Position numbers and translations under genes: made by a program | Part shown: positions 21,234-30,633 of the stretch, in pieces | Position numbering within the stretch: the stretch's first letter is position 1 | Layout: every line of letters starts with the position of its first letter | Assembly (NCBI GenBank): GCA_963727805.1 | Contig: CAVSHF010000003.1 | Coordinates: forward strand, 1,408,001-1,472,000 | Reading direction: 5' to 3' | Length of the DNA stretch: 64,000 nucleotides | Origin: an uncultured Nitrospiraceae bacterium | GTDB taxonomy: Bacteria > Nitrospirota > Thermodesulfovibrionia > Thermodesulfovibrionales > Dissulfurispiraceae | The notes under the pieces: generated by a model | The model's input: only the letters and a program-made list of their open reading frames with translations | What the model was told of the DNA's origin: nothing | Database searches by the model: none

Positions 21234-21997
21234 TTCTCTTCCTCCAACCTTTTGAGGACCGCCAGTGCGTCCTCCCACGTCAGCCATTTATCCTTTGGGT
21301 TTCTAAGCAGATAGGCGGGATGAAAGGTCGGCATGACAGGTATTGACCTTTTACCGACCCTGTAGTCGAAGAATTTACCGCGCTCCCTGGTAATTGAAAA
21401 AGACGTAAGCGGGCCAGTCCTGCCTGAAAGGGAGAAGGCCGATATCCTGCCTAATGAGACGATAACCTCAGGTGCTATGATCTCAATCTGCCTGACGAGA
21501 AACAGGGAGCAGGTGCGCATCTCATCGTCGTGAGGATCACGGTTCATAGGAGGCCTACACTTTACGATATTGGCTATGTATACATCTTTGCGTTTAAAGC
21601 CGGTCTGTTCGCCCATCTTTTCTATGAGCTTCGTGAGAAGCTTGCCGGCATCACCAACGAAGGGCCTTGCCTGAATATCCTCTTCCCTGCCGGGGGCTTC
21701 GCCGATAAACATTATGCGTGCATCGGGACTGCCTTCGCCGAAAACGATGTTCATCCTCTCTTGCGACAGAGAACATCTTTTGCAGTCGCCGATCTCATCC
21801 CGTAGCGAACGAAGTGCGTCCTTCTTATCAAATGCCGGCTCGTGGGAAACATTAGTAGAATAATCCGTCGCATCCTTGGCTGTCTGAATTGCAGCAGCAG
21901 GAGTAAAGAACGCTGACGTAACCGGTACACGCTCGAATCCCATGGCCTTGAAATATTCAAGCATGTCGCTAATACTTTTCTTGAGTTCGGCGTTCAT
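21230..21997 (-). CDS. Uracil-DNA glycosylase family 4
   Basis: CKRC, GEAPG, PFVG, KCRPP, HPAYLLR. Confidence 0.93.
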   Translation of the reverse strand: MNAELKKSISDMLEYFKAMGFERVPVTSAFFTPAAAIQTAKDATDYSTNVSHEPAFDKKDALRSLRDEIGDCKRCSLSQERMNIVFGEGSPDARIMFIGEAPGREEDIQARPFVGDAGKLLTKLIEKMGEQTGFKRKDVYIANIVKCRPPMNRDPHDDEMRTCSLFLVRQIEIIAPEVIVSLGRISAFSLSGRTGPLTSFSITRERGKFFDYRVGKRSIPVMPTFHPAYLLRNPKDKWLTWEDALAVLKRLEEEK

Positions 21998-22004
21998 TTA
22001 TAGT

Positions 22005-22856
22005 TTACCGTTCTCCCCATTTGAGCTTTGTCCTCAGGAGATTAAAATAGTCGTGACCGCAGGGGGCAAACATTTTCGCGGTAGAGGTAGATCTTCTCAC
22101 TTCGATGACATCCCCCTGTTGCAATTTAAGACCGACCTGGCCGTCAACAGTAAGATAGACACTTTCGCTGGCTGATTTCAGGGCAACTCTGACAACAGAA
22201 TCGTCGGGCAATACAATAGGCCTGTTTGACAGCATATGGGGGCAGATAGGAGTCATGACCATGCTCCTGAGCGTGGGGTAGAGAATGGGGCCACCTGCCG
22301 CCAATGAATAGGCCGTAGAGCCTGTCGGCGTCGAGATGATCAAGCCGTCGGCCCTGTAGGTCGTAAGATAGGAATCATTCACAAAGGTCTCCATTTCAAT
22401 GATCCTCGCCAGTGCACCTTTGTTGATGACCGCATCATTTAAGGCTGTGAAACATCCCGCTTCCCCAGACTCCCGAATCACCAACGCATCGAGCATCATT
22501 CGTTCCTCAACAGGACATGTCCCCTGGAGTGCCTGTTCAAGCGCACTGAATATCTCGTGTTTGTTTATCTCGGTGATGAATCCGAGTCCGCCCAGATTGA
22601 CTCCAAGAATAGGAACGTCCCTTCCAGCAATGAGACGGGAGACGCTAAGCATCGTTCCGTCTCCACCGAGAACGATCATGATATCAACCAATCCCGGCAT
22701 CTTTTCCCTCTCTACGCCCTTTATCCCGAGGACTGAGGCCACCTCCGGTTCGAGAACAACCCCGCATTCCCGCTCTGCCAACCAAGGCAGCAGTAGCCTT
22801 ACAAGCTCGAGCGGCTCTGGCCTGCCTGACTTGCATATGATCCCTATCGTCTTCAT
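22005..22856 (-). CDS. nadK: NAD kinase
   Basis: GGDGTML, ALND, DGLIISTPTGSTAYSLAAGGP. Confidence 0.96.
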   Translation of the reverse strand: MKTIGIICKSGRPEPLELVRLLLPWLAERECGVVLEPEVASVLGIKGVEREKMPGLVDIMIVLGGDGTMLSVSRLIAGRDVPILGVNLGGLGFITEINKHEIFSALEQALQGTCPVEERMMLDALVIRESGEAGCFTALNDAVINKGALARIIEMETFVNDSYLTTYRADGLIISTPTGSTAYSLAAGGPILYPTLRSMVMTPICPHMLSNRPIVLPDDSVVRVALKSASESVYLTVDGQVGLKLQQGDVIEVRRSTSTAKMFAPCGHDYFNLLRTKLKWGER

Positions 22857-23332
22857 TGTTTCTCCGCGTCCGTTAAAGAAGCTTTCCACTCATCGCTCTC
22901 AATGCCTGCGATTGCGATCTCACGCCTGTCTTCTCCGCGATATTGAAAAGTGACCGATACCGCTCCGTCAGGCACTTCTCCGAGTTTCTCGGCCCACTCT
23001 ATCACAACGATGCCGTCAGACTCGATATATTCCCACAAACCGATGTCCTCGATGCAGGGCTCGTCGCCTAGTCTGTATAGATCAATGTGGTAAAACGGGG
23101 GAGTTGTTTCATACTCTGCAACAATAACGAAACTCGCGCTACCTATCTCCCTTCCCGGAATGCCGAAGGCCGAGGCGAATCCTTTAACAAAGGTCGTCTT
23201 GCCCGCACCGAGGTCTCCGTAAAGACACACAATAACAGTCCCGCCCTGCTTCTTTAAGAATGAACCGAGCCTGAACCCGATGACTTCTGTCTCTTCAGCT
23301 GCTTGAGTGACGATCCCTCTGTTCATTATCAT
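22853..23332 (-). CDS. tsaE: t6A biosynthesis ATPase TsaE
   Basis: GDLGAGKTT, YHIDLYRL, IEWAE. Confidence 0.94.
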   Translation of the reverse strand: MIMNRGIVTQAAEETEVIGFRLGSFLKKQGGTVIVCLYGDLGAGKTTFVKGFASAFGIPGREIGSASFVIVAEYETTPPFYHIDLYRLGDEPCIEDIGLWEYIESDGIVVIEWAEKLGEVPDGAVSVTFQYRGEDRREIAIAGIESDEWKASLTDAEKQ

Positions 23333-23378
23333 CCAGATGGGTCCTCCAAAAAGGTGAAAGGAGCCGTGAGGGCAGAGG

Positions 23379-23837
23379 TTAAAGATTCCCGAGGCTCAGG
23401 CCTTTGATTATATCGATCTTGCCGATGATCCCCTTGAGTTTTCTTCCTTCGACAACTGGAACAAGGTGGATATTCCGCTCGGACATGATGGTGGCAATTT
23501 CGTCCACCGGGGTATCCTCGCTTACGGTTAGAACCTCTTTTCTGTATATATCCTCCACCGTGACGGCAGCCATCTCCTTGATCTCTTGCTCGATACTGCT
23601 CTTGCTTTCGAGCATAATGAAGGCATCGAAAAGCCTGACGATGGTCGGAATGTGAAACTTCTTGTTTTTCCGTATTAGATCGTTTTCCGTCACGATGCCG
23701 ATAAGATCCTCCTGCTCGTTGAGGACCGGCGTGCCGCTTATCTTGTGTTCGACCAGCACACGCGCAAGGTCTTCGACTGTTGTGGAGGTGCCGACCGTTC
23801 TTACGTTTTTCGTCATTATGTCCTTTGCCTTTAACAT
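23379..23837 (-). CDS. CBS-domain pair protein
   Basis: AKDIMTK, ISGTPV, GIVTE, LVPVV..GII; SD AAAGGAG before ATG 23837. Confidence 0.88.
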   Translation of the reverse strand: MLKAKDIMTKNVRTVGTSTTVEDLARVLVEHKISGTPVLNEQEDLIGIVTENDLIRKNKKFHIPTIVRLFDAFIMLESKSSIEQEIKEMAAVTVEDIYRKEVLTVSEDTPVDEIATIMSERNIHLVPVVEGRKLKGIIGKIDIIKGLSLGNL

Positions 23838-24047
23838 CACATCTCCTTTCGACAAGACTGCACAGTAAGTCTTATCGATTACTCTTCGATATTACACTAT
23901 AATACGGCACAACCACACCAAAATCAATCAAACATCGAAGCAGCCGATCGAGGCAGATGAGCCTCCTTATGGCGGAAGACAAGTATTTGTTATAATCAAC
24001 ATAGATAGTTCGTTTAATACAATAGGTCCTTCCAAAATTGAGGTCCC

Positions 24048-25640
24048 ATGAGTGATGAAGAAAAGACACCAAATGAAGTTTCCTATGAGATAGCGTACCT
24101 GCGCGTCCTTCTTGCCGATGTCGAACACAAGAACCGGCAAGCCGAGGAGCTCCTGCGCGTCGTGACAGACCAGTATCGTCGCATCACCGAAGTAGTTTCG
24201 GACTATATCTTCAGCGTCCATGTCGTTGACGGCAATCCCGTCGAGACTGTTCATGGACGGGGTTGCCTCTCAATAACGGGCTATGCGCCCGACGAATTCT
24301 CGTCAAATAATTTCCTTTGGATTAACATGGTCTTTGAAGATGACCGGGCACCAGTCCTCAGACATGTTGCGGGGATCCTCTCGGGAAAAGGTACTGCGCC
24401 CTTCGAACACAGGATCGTGCGGAAGGACGGCGCGATGCGATGGGTCCGCAATACGCCGGTCTGTCAGTATGATACGGAGGGGAAACTACTTGCCTATGAT
24501 GGTCTCATCCAGGACATTACTGAGCACAAGCATACGGAGGCGTCTCTTAAAGAAAGCGAGGAAAAGTATCGCATCGTCGCGGATTTTACATACGACTGGG
24601 AGGAATGGGTCGACCCAGACGGCCAATACTTGTATGTGTCGCCATCGTGTGAGAGGATCACAGGATACCGGCCAGATGAATTCCTCGCCAACCCCGATCT
24701 CGTCGTCATGATCGCCCATCCTGCAGACCAGGCGATGGTTGCTGCACATTACAACGATTCCGCCAAAGGACGCATGGAGGCTGAGCATATCGATTTTCGC
24801 ATTACCACCAAGAGCGGGGAAAAACGCTGGATCAGCCACAGTTGCCAGTCTGTCTTCAGCGAGGACGGCAGATGGCTGGGCCGGCGGGCGAGCAATCAAG
24901 ATAGCAGCGGGCGCCGGAAACTCATGGAGGAGTTGATGAAATCACGGGAACTTGAGGCCGTCGGCATCCTGGCAGGCGGTATCTCCCATGATTTCAATGA
25001 TCTCATCACTGCCATCCTCGGCAATGTCTCGATCGCGAAAACGCACGTGGAACCGGACACTAAAGTTTATCATCTTCTGACGAATGCCGAGGAAGTTGCA
25101 GTACGTTCGCACGACCTGACCCAACAGCTGATAGCTTTTTCGCAGCGCGGCAAGTTATTGAAAAAGCGAATCCCTATCTCTGAAACAATCAAGAGCGTAG
25201 TCTGCGCAGCCATCGATAATGACGGTATTAAATGCGATTTGTCGATCCCCGAAAATCTTTGGCCCGTTGAGGCCGACGAAGGTCAGATATCCCAGGCAAT
25301 CGGCAACCTAGTCCGGAACGCGAAAGAGGCTCTGGATGACAACGGCCTGCTGACAGTTAGCGCGACAAATACGACTGTCCGTGATAAAGATAATTACCTG
25401 ATCGAACCGGGCGATTACGTCAGGATATCCATAGGAGACACTAACACCAACATTTCTACAGAAAGTAGCGCAAAGACACTCGATCCATACTTTACAACGA
25501 AATATCTCGGGATACCAATTGGCGCGGGACTGGGGCTCGCAATCGCCTATTCAATCGTCGCCAACCACGATGGCATGATCACTTTGGATCCCGGGGAGGG
25601 GCAGGGAACGACTTTTCACATTTATTTGCCTGCAGAATAA
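24048..25640 (+). CDS. PAS-PAS sensor histidine kinase (degenerate G1 box)
   Basis: Two PAS/PAC domains, H-box GGISHDFND, N-box NAKEA, YFTTK, GAGLGL. Confidence 0.88.
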   Translation: MSDEEKTPNEVSYEIAYLRVLLADVEHKNRQAEELLRVVTDQYRRITEVVSDYIFSVHVVDGNPVETVHGRGCLSITGYAPDEFSSNNFLWINMVFEDDRAPVLRHVAGILSGKGTAPFEHRIVRKDGAMRWVRNTPVCQYDTEGKLLAYDGLIQDITEHKHTEASLKESEEKYRIVADFTYDWEEWVDPDGQYLYVSPSCERITGYRPDEFLANPDLVVMIAHPADQAMVAAHYNDSAKGRMEAEHIDFRITTKSGEKRWISHSCQSVFSEDGRWLGRRASNQDSSGRRKLMEELMKSRELEAVGILAGGISHDFNDLITAILGNVSIAKTHVEPDTKVYHLLTNAEEVAVRSHDLTQQLIAFSQRGKLLKKRIPISETIKSVVCAAIDNDGIKCDLSIPENLWPVEADEGQISQAIGNLVRNAKEALDDNGLLTVSATNTTVRDKDNYLIEPGDYVRISIGDTNTNISTESSAKTLDPYFTTKYLGIPIGAGLGLAIAYSIVANHDGMITLDPGEGQGTTFHIYLPAE

Positions 25641-25789
25641 GCATAAGTTCGTATTTTCATGATTTTCTGTTATATCCGAAACGGGCCTCGAAGATCGGCG
25701 CATATTCTCACTTCTCTCTTTAATGTGAGTATCGATGAAAGATAAGCCATCAAGAAATCTCAGTGGCAAGTGTACATAATCGGCAACGC

Positions 25790-26104
25790 CTATTTTATAA
25801 ACGAACAGCAGTAGTCGGTGAGTGTTTTCACTTTAAGTTTAAAGGTCGCATTGGCGGCAACGTTGAAGGCTTCATCTCCGGCTACTTTTTCCCATACACT
25901 CTTGCCGGGAAGAAGGACTTCAAGTTCTCCTGAAAGGATCTCCATAACTTCCGCATCCTTCGTGCTGAACTCATACTCTCCGGGCTGCATGATGCCGAGC
26001 GTTTTCTTTGTTCCGTCCTCAAAGAGGACCGTCCTGCTCGTCACGCCGCCGCCAAAAAACACGTTCGCCTTCTTAACAACAGTAACGCCCTGAAATTCAG
26101 ACAT
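25790..26104 (-). CDS. ppnP: Pyrimidine/purine nucleoside phosphorylase (DUF1255)
   Basis: KKANVFFGGGVTSR, KTLGIMQPGEYEF, DYCCSF. Confidence 0.88.
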   Translation of the reverse strand: MSEFQGVTVVKKANVFFGGGVTSRTVLFEDGTKKTLGIMQPGEYEFSTKDAEVMEILSGELEVLLPGKSVWEKVAGDEAFNVAANATFKLKVKTLTDYCCSFIK

Positions 26105-26284
26105 TGAGTAAGCCTCCTTGGGTTAGAATGAATGGAAAAACTCTATCAGAACGGCACGCCTCTTTTCAAGCGGCAGCGGCATCCACAATGCAGTTTTATG
26201 GGGAAGAAACCAACTCTTTTCCCTTCAGAGGAGGGGAGTCCATAGATTTAGAGGATAGGGTGTATTTTTTTATTTCTCCTGAAT

Positions 26285-26686
26285 TCATCCTTTAAACCAT
26301 GCCGACATTAGCCTTAATTCTTCCGACAGTCTCAAGAGCTCTTCCGAGGCCTTCTTCACATTGACAATAGATTCCTCGGCCTTCTTAGTTATGGTTGCGA
26401 TACGTTCCATGCTTCGCGAAACTTCTTCCGAAACAGCAGATTGCTCTTCAGTTGCCGTAGCAATCGCCTGTGCCATATCGACACCGCGCTGAGAGGCATC
26501 CAAGATCAACTCCAGTGACTTACTCGCTTTATTAGAAAGTCTCACACCCTCCTCGACCCTGGTTTTACCTTTATTCATTGCAGACACGCACCTCTCGGTA
26601 TCCGCGTGTATTTCATTAATTATCCCTGATATCTCCTGGGTTGACTCGCCAGTACGTTCGGCAAGCTTTCTCACCTCATCGGCCAA
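26285..26686 (-). pseudogene. C-terminal half of a methyl-accepting chemotaxis signalling domain (5'-truncated)
   Basis: Begins at ADEVRKLAERT; in-frame stop a few codons upstream; no N-terminal hairpin arm, sensor or TM. Confidence 0.7.
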
Positions 26687-26961
26687 GGAATAAACATATC
26701 GTCACTAACATCGTCATGAAGACAACATAAACCATCTTTACAACGCTTTTCAGGGATCCTCCTCTGATTATTTTCTTTTATACCAATAAGATTTTAATTT
26801 ATATCATGGATAATTGTAGCATTAGTCTCCCGAATATATATTATTGGAAGCACTGAAATGCTGGCCTCATACAGGTCATGGGTTCTTCCTTTGCCGGTAT
26901 CCCGGCGCTGTTCTTCACAAAGGCAGTCCCAAATCCCTTACAAATAGTGTAAAATTGCTTG

Positions 26962-27819
26962 ATGGCTAATCAGGTTATAAAGGCTTCAGGTCAGGTGGAA
27001 GAGTTCAACTCCTTCAAACTCGCCAACTCCCTGGTCCGCGCTGGAGCGCCTGAAGACGTTGCCCGTGAAATTGCAGACAAGGTAGCGCTGCAGGTCACCC
27101 CTTCATTCCATACTCGCCACATTTTCAGGATGGCAAAGAAGCTGCTCAGACAATACAATCGTGCTACCGGCATGCGCTATTCCATCAAGCGGGCGATTTA
27201 CGCCCTCGGCCCTACGGGATATCCCTTCGAGAAATATGTCGCCCGTATTCTGAAAGCCTATGGCTACAATGTCGAAGTGAATAGGATTATTAAAGGGTAC
27301 TGTGTAACCCACGAGGTCGATGTGCTGGCGAGCAGGGACGACCGCAGGTGCGTAATCGAGTGCAAACATCATGCGAACGGCGTAAAGCCGGCGGATGTCA
27401 AAATTGCTCTGTATGTCCATTCGCGGTTCAACGATATTAGGAAAGCATTTGAGATTTCGGAGCATCAAAATTCTCATGTCCACGAGGGATGGCTGGTGAC
27501 CAACACGCGGTGCAGCGCCGATGCCATCAAGTATGCCGAATGCGTGGGGCTCAAGATTGTAAGCTGGAGATATCCCGAAAAAAATAGCCTCGAAATGATG
27601 ATCGAGGCAAAACGTCTCTATCCTGTAACCATCCTCCCGGCGGCGACAAAGAGCTCGATTCAGTCACTTACCAGCCGCGATATCATCCTTGTTGATGAGA
27701 TTGCCGACATGGATCAGCAGACGTTTCTCGGAAAGAGCGGTCTTGACCGAGCAAGCGCACTCTCCATCAAAAGAGAAGCTGACGAACTGTGCTGCGCATC
27801 TCCAAATAAGCCTCTGTAA
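26962..27819 (+). CDS. ATP-cone domain fused to Mrr-like PD-(D/E)xK endonuclease
   Basis: N-term VIKASGQVEEFNSFKLANSL; GPTGYPFEKYV...HEVDV...VIECK...WLVTN. Confidence 0.8.
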   Translation: MANQVIKASGQVEEFNSFKLANSLVRAGAPEDVAREIADKVALQVTPSFHTRHIFRMAKKLLRQYNRATGMRYSIKRAIYALGPTGYPFEKYVARILKAYGYNVEVNRIIKGYCVTHEVDVLASRDDRRCVIECKHHANGVKPADVKIALYVHSRFNDIRKAFEISEHQNSHVHEGWLVTNTRCSADAIKYAECVGLKIVSWRYPEKNSLEMMIEAKRLYPVTILPAATKSSIQSLTSRDIILVDEIADMDQQTFLGKSGLDRASALSIKREADELCCASPNKPL

Positions 27820-27950
27820 ACGCCTTTTAAAAATCCCACCACGCTATAATGTGGTCAAATTACTCCTCATTTCAGAAAAAGCATCCCCATTTTTGCATAT
27901 TTGCACGAGCAGTACCAACAGATTTGCTGGAAATTCAATGCCACTTATAA

Positions 27951-27966
27951 TGGCACGATATATGCT
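27951..27966 (+). promoter_or_regulatory. sigma54 (-24/-12) promoter
   Basis: TGGCAC-GATAT-ATGCT. Confidence 0.65.
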
Positions 27967-27993
27967 AATTTAAGATAAAGGGAGTGAAGAGTT

Positions 27994-28125
27994 ATGAATA
28001 GAAACATGGATAAAATGAAAGAAATTGTCTCAATCCTTATGGAGAGCACACTCTATTTTGATGTTCCCCTCGATGAGCGGAGGGAAATAGTCGTCAGGCT
28101 CATCGAGCGCATAAACTGGGCTTAA
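27994..28125 (+). CDS. 43-aa hypothetical protein (absent from ORF track)
   Basis: SD AAGGGAG; MNRNMDKMKEIVSILMESTLYFDVPLDERREIVVRLIERINWA*. Confidence 0.65.
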   Translation: MNRNMDKMKEIVSILMESTLYFDVPLDERREIVVRLIERINWA

Positions 28126-28218
28126 ATCTGCGTTGTCGAAGTCAGTGTGTTTACTCCTCGAAAGCAGCGCCTCCGCCATATTTTGCGTTCACAGGCTGAA
28201 AAACGCTATAGTTAATCA

Positions 28219-28533
28219 ATGATCTATGTATTGAATGCTCCGGTCATTACAAGTTACGGGGTTTATCGTTTTACCAAAATAGAGCCTGAAGCAGCAAAGA
28301 AACTGCTCTTGGAAGGTTTCGTTTCGGCGATAGGCCATGACAGTACGGCCCGTCTCATGGGCGACATAATAGGGATCGAGATTCCCTTCAACCGCATAAC
28401 AATTCACATGGAAGCGGGAGATAAAGCAGTCGCCCTCTGGCTCCTGAACCGTCCTGGTGAGGCCCAGATCTATTCCCGGGAAGACCTATCGGCTATCCCG
28501 TGCGAACTCGGCCTGCTTGAGAGGGTTAGCTGA
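28219..28533 (+). CDS. DUF1874 / AcrIII-1 (Crn2)-like cyclic oligoadenylate ring nuclease
   Basis: MIYVLN...FVSAIGHDSTA...IPFNR...GD...RPGE pattern of the STIV B116/YddF family. Confidence 0.8.
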   Translation: MIYVLNAPVITSYGVYRFTKIEPEAAKKLLLEGFVSAIGHDSTARLMGDIIGIEIPFNRITIHMEAGDKAVALWLLNRPGEAQIYSREDLSAIPCELGLLERVS

Positions 28534-28621
28534 TCTGGACGAAGAAAGCCCTGCATCCTTAATGGATTAATGCAAATTCATTATGTTTCTGTGTTTCTTG
28601 TTATAGGTTTGATATATTTAA

Positions 28622-30547
28622 ATGATGACAACGCCTTCAGACAATATGGATGACCCCTTCAGATCCCAAGGTCGGGATATGGACAATCACCGTCACGTAC
28701 CTGTCGGGCATTTCCTAGTGGACATCGAGGGGACAGTACGTGAAGTAGATCAACTAGGCCTCCATTTACTGGGGGAAAACATGCCTTCTTTTCTCGAAAC
28801 GCCCTTTTTAGATCATGTTTACCTGGATGATGCAGATCTTTTTACCAGCCATCTGCAGCAGGTCTTCGGGTCGCTCCAAAATAAAAGCTGCGAAGTCCGT
28901 TTGATCAGGAAAGATGGCAACGTATTTGATTCTTTGCTCGAAAGTGCAGTCGGAAGTGGTCCGGATGGATGCCACGATATATGCAGGATTACGGTACACG
29001 ATATCACATTAATCAAGTTTATTAAGAAATTGCTGTCACATGAAAAGAAGTTTTCAGAAAGCATTATCAGCAGCACATTCGACGGCATCATCGCCTTCGA
29101 CTCTATCTATCAATGCATGGAATGGAATCCTGCCATGGAACAGATGACCGGTATTTCACGAAACGAGTGCCTCGGTAAAAACATATTTGAAACCCTCCCT
29201 TTTCTCAAAAGAATTGGCGAAGACAGGTATTACCTTGCAGCACTTCAGGGTCGAAAGGTCACTTCAAGAAACAGGTACTATAGCGTAAAACGGACAGGCC
29301 GGGAAGGTTTTTTCGATGCACGCTATTCTCCTTTGAAAGACAACAGCAACGCATTAAGCGGTGGGATAGCAATTGTTCGGGATATTACAGTACAGAAGAT
29401 GCAGGAAGAGGAACTCCTCAAAACTAATAAATACGAATCACTGAGTTTGCTTGCGTCAGGGATTGCCCATGATTTCAACAATCTTCTGGCTGGCATTCTG
29501 GGGAACATATCTCTTGCCAAGCTCCATATGAAACAGGGTGATAAAACTTATGGACTCATCGACAAAGCCATTAAAATAGTTCTTCGTGCAAGTGATCTGA
29601 CCAGACAGCTCACATTATTCTCTTCCGAAGTCGAGCCTATCAAAAGACCGGCATTCATCGCCCCCCTGTTGAAAGATGCAGCAGACTTTGCCTTGAGCGG
29701 CTCCTCTATCGGCTGTGAATTGGCTATTGATGATAGTCTATGGCCGGTGGAAATCGATGAAGGACAGATGAGGCAGGCCGTCCATACTATTATCACGTAT
29801 TTAAATAAATCCTTGCGGGAAGGAGCCAAGATTGCCATCGCAACAAAAAATGCCGTCATCGCTCGGGATTCGGCGCTTCCGCTGCTCCACGGGAAATATG
29901 TACTGATATCTATAGCTGACTATAGCAGCAACATTTCATCTGATAACATTCTTACAACAAGCGATCCTTTCGGTATCACTAATGTCGAGGGCGATAAAAT
30001 CAGGAAAAGCCCTGAACTTTCAATGGCTTATTCAATCATAAGCAATCACGAGGGGTTAATCACCGTCGAATCGGCGATTGGAGTCGGTACTGCTGTCGTC
30101 ATTTTCCTTCCCGCCACTGAAAAGGCTGTTGAAGAAAAGGAGATGAAGACGCTCCCTATTCTTGCCGGGAAAGGCAGGATTCTCATCATGGATGATGAGG
30201 ATTATGTCAGAGACATCGCCGGCAAGATATTGAGATATATCGGATATGAGGTAGCATTGGCACAAGACGGTGAGGATGCCGTGAGGGCATATATGGATGC
30301 AATTAACTCCACAAGGCCCTTTGATGCCGTCATACTTGACCTCACCGTTCAGGGTGGCATGGGTGGCAAAGATGCGCTCATGAGACTGCTCGATATCGAT
30401 CCCAAAGTGAAGGCAATTGTATCGAGTGGGTACTCGCGCGATCCGGTCATGTCAGAATTCGGCAATTTCGGCTTTAAAGGTGCCATTGCGAAACCGTTCA
30501 AAATCGGCGAGCTAAATGAGATACTGTCGAAGGCGTTGAATAAATAA
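28622..30547 (+). CDS. Hybrid PAS-PAS-HisKA-(degenerate HATPase)-REC protein
   Basis: H-box GIAHDFNNLL; REC ILIMDD...ILDL...SSG...KPF. Confidence 0.87.
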   Translation: MMTTPSDNMDDPFRSQGRDMDNHRHVPVGHFLVDIEGTVREVDQLGLHLLGENMPSFLETPFLDHVYLDDADLFTSHLQQVFGSLQNKSCEVRLIRKDGNVFDSLLESAVGSGPDGCHDICRITVHDITLIKFIKKLLSHEKKFSESIISSTFDGIIAFDSIYQCMEWNPAMEQMTGISRNECLGKNIFETLPFLKRIGEDRYYLAALQGRKVTSRNRYYSVKRTGREGFFDARYSPLKDNSNALSGGIAIVRDITVQKMQEEELLKTNKYESLSLLASGIAHDFNNLLAGILGNISLAKLHMKQGDKTYGLIDKAIKIVLRASDLTRQLTLFSSEVEPIKRPAFIAPLLKDAADFALSGSSIGCELAIDDSLWPVEIDEGQMRQAVHTIITYLNKSLREGAKIAIATKNAVIARDSALPLLHGKYVLISIADYSSNISSDNILTTSDPFGITNVEGDKIRKSPELSMAYSIISNHEGLITVESAIGVGTAVVIFLPATEKAVEEKEMKTLPILAGKGRILIMDDEDYVRDIAGKILRYIGYEVALAQDGEDAVRAYMDAINSTRPFDAVILDLTVQGGMGGKDALMRLLDIDPKVKAIVSSGYSRDPVMSEFGNFGFKGAIAKPFKIGELNEILSKALNK

Positions 30548-30633
30548 CTTAGGTGAAAGCAGGACAAAGTCGTTAGCCGCATACAGGAAATCGCCCAGGT
30601 TGCATCGCGTCATTCTGAACAATAAGCCCCATA

